From Vermamoeba vermiformis (taxonomy: Eukaryota), in contig JBEWZL010000012.1 in NCBI GenBank assembly GCA_045837725.1, positions 62,001 to 126,000 on the forward strand: 64,000 bases of DNA, in the 5' to 3' direction. The translations under genes and the position numbers were made by a program. Shown here in pieces: positions 61,249 to 64,000 of this stretch (position 1 is its first letter; the number at the start of each line of letters is the position of its first letter). The notes beneath the pieces are model-generated. The model was not told where the DNA came from. It saw only the letters and a program-made list of their open reading frames with translations, and searched no databases.

Positions 61249-62050
61249 GTCGCTGTCAAAGCTGACAAGACACGCAGATCTTGTGTGCATTTAACGACTT
61301 GATTTCACCGTGCAGCAATATCAACAATACCAACTCACTTATACATCATATTATCACTACAACAAACCCAACTCTACCACATCTAACACCACAAAAAATT
61401 TCAGCGCTGAGAATCAATATCTCGGTCTGAAATTCTCCTAATGCCCGAAGAATTAATATTCCACGGCAATTTTTTAACGCCATTTTTTCTTGTGCATAAT
61501 ATTAATCGCTCTTATTAGATAGCTTTTATTATTGTTGAATAAATTTACCCTCAAAATCAAGTCCTCGTTGCACTTTTATACTTGTTGTTCGATTCGATTT
61601 AGTGAGCTGACACTGGGATCTAGCGAGCCTTAGTGAGATCTGGTTGTGGTTGGGTTGCGGGTGATCCGTCTGAAGACTTTGCGACTCGCTAAATGCCATT
61701 TCGCGACCGGCAAATATATTGAATCAATTGTGTGCTTCTCGGCTCTAAGCAAACTCTGGAGAAGTATAAGATATTTGATGTGAAATTGGCGGCTGCAGGG
61801 AAATTTACAATGGATCTCAACCTTTTGCTGCCGCTTGAGTAAAAACGTGGCCTTTGCAAGTCTCAATGTGGTACACTCATAGTATTCTCGCACCTTATTT
61901 GGCCAATCAATGGAAATCACGTTGCAGTCGTCCGTGTAAAAAATGAAAAAATTGCCCAGCTTTCATTTTAACACTTTTTTAACACCAAACCAAGCCGCAC
62001 GAGCCGAGTACTCTATTTTATATTGAAAGGAACCCAAAATACTCAACTCA

Positions 62051-64000
62051 ATGGACATTCCTAAGCGTAACGTGCGGTACTCACGAGATCAACTTGATGC
62101 CAACCGTAATGGTTACTCCAAATACACTAGGTAAGTCGTAGTAGCTAGCCAACAAGTAATTCGACAGTATTTGGACAGTAATTCATCGTTTGTTGCTGAC
62201 TACGGTTTTACTTCATTTTTAAAAAACGGGATCTCGTTATAATAAAGTTGTATTCATAGGGAAGAAGAAGAAGACGCTAACAAGGGTATAAAAATGCCAC
62301 GGAATAAGGGTTTGATGTATATACTAAATTTAACTCTCATTTACAGCTGAAAACTACGATTTCACCCCAGATGACGAGAAAGTTGCCTTGTTGTGGGCCG
62401 TCATGGCCTCCTATTTGCCTTCTGGTACGTTTACTACTAAATCAATATTATACCGCATATTTACAATTCGCTGACCGCTTCCCGCGTTAATTAGATGAGA
62501 AGTCAATCCAAAAGCTTTTCGTCCAACATGTTGAATATTCAATGGCCCAAACCCGATCTGACCTCGAAAATAATAAGCGCAGCTCATTTCAAGGTCTTGC
62601 CTATTCGTAAGTGAACTTTCAGACCTAGTACTGAAATCTGCTTCGCGCAATATCAAATTCAAACTATCTTCGGCATGCTTCGGAACATTAATTGCCCAAT
62701 CATTTAAATTATTATTATTCGTGTTATTGCCCGGCGTCTGCGGAAAAAAAATATTTGAAAAAATTTTCAAAATGGTGGATGCATGGTTACGCGATGTTGT
62801 GCAATCAATGTTGATCGTCAAATAAGTCGACAATATCATTTAATAATTAATTTATTCATTTCGCGCGATGTAAAAAAGATTATGACCCTTTATCAAACAC
62901 GCGACCGCAGTATATTAACCCTCACTCCTGCAGCGCTCGTGATAGATTGATCGAGAGATGGAAGGACACTGAAATTTATTTCAATCAACAAGACGTGAAA
63001 AGAGTTAATTATCTTTCATTGGAATTTTTGTTGGGCAGATCCCTTCAAAACGCGTTGTCCAACTTGAACTTGGAAGAGAACTTTAGCCGCGCATTGAAGA
63101 ACCTTGGTATCAAGATGGAGGAGCTCGTCGATCAAGTACGTAATTACTGATATTTACTGCAATTCAAAATAACCGCACGAATTTTCTTTCGGATGCGCAA
63201 CTGCATTTTCTTGCCATAATAAGATTAACCTTGCAATTTCAGGAAAGTGACGCTGCTTTGGGTAACGGAGGTTTGGGCCGTTTGGCAGCCTGCTTCTTGG
63301 ACTCTTTGGCCACAATGAACTATCCTGCTTGGGGTTACGGCATCCGCTATACTTACGGCATGTTCCACCAAGAAATCAAGGACGGCTATCAAGTCGAGTT
63401 CCCTGACTACTGGCTCACCTACGGTAACCCTTGGGAAATTGAGCGCTTGGACGTTCAATACCCCGTGCGCTTCTACGGTCACGTTGTTGAAAAGACAGAC
63501 GCCCGTGGCAACGTGCGCTACGGTTGGGAAGGCGGTGAAACTATCATGGCCGTCGCCTACGACATGCCCATTCCTGGCTACAACACTTACAACACCATCA
63601 ACTTGCGTTTGTGGAGCTCCAAGCCCTCGAAGGAATTCGACTTGTTCCACTTCAACCAAGGAGACTACTTCCGCGCCATTGAAGAGAAACAACGCTCTGA
63701 GACTATCACTAGTGTCTTGTATCCCAACGACAACACTTCAGTCGGCAAAGAGTTGCGCTTGAAACAACAATTCTTCTTCGTCTCAGCCTCATTGCGCGAC
63801 ATTTTGAAGAGATTCAAGGCCCTCGGCCACCCCCTGACCAACTTGCCCGACAAGATCAGCATTCAACTCAACGACACTCACCCTACTCTCAGCATTGTCG
63901 AAATGATGCGCTTGTTGCTCGACGAAGAAGGTCTCGACTGGGAGACTGCTTGGTCCATCACCAACAGAGTGCACTCGTACACCAACCACACTGTCTTGCC
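62051..64000 (+). CDS. Glycogen phosphorylase (3' end beyond window)
   Basis: [88 protein letters not shown]. Confidence 0.97.

Noticed and set aside
61300-62040. ncRNA or ORF 61630-61920 upstream of phosphorylase
   Set aside because: No recognisable RNA motif or protein similarity; treated as UTR and promoter.

Overview
Gene-dense, intron-rich eukaryotic nuclear DNA from a protist (Amoebozoa-like by inference only), standard genetic code, mostly GT-AG introns. I can build about 29 protein-coding genes, mostly housekeeping: IF2-like, mito RRF, DOLK, BCS1, RRP4, LSM14, PSMA7 and RPN8 head-to-head, RUVBL2, NTF2, MTR4, NPL4, G6PD and glycogen phosphorylase. Several need splicing and are missed or fragmented in the ORF track: a Zn2Cys6 transcription factor, a mini PARP-like protein and a Tae3-type amidase. 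Two things stand out. (1) Gene bodies, both exons and short introns, are saturated with a few exact motifs that resemble transcription-factor sites: the palindrome TGACACGTGTCA (17 or more exact copies) and other CACGTG forms, MADS-type CC(A/T)6GG and CTA(A/T)4TAG, TTCA(C/G)TGAA and ACCAGGGC. (2) An intron-containing homolog of the bacterial type VI peptidoglycan amidase effector family Tae3 lies at 56607-57041, a likely domesticated horizontal transfer. Also present: a 2-kb CpG-depleted, repeat-like island with tRNA-like remnants (11.1-13.1 kb) and several degenerate enzymes (pseudo-CDK, pseudo-PARP, Arf with Q to R, IF2 lacking its C-terminal domain). Gene models and motif counts were read by eye, so counts are minima and some exon boundaries are approximate.
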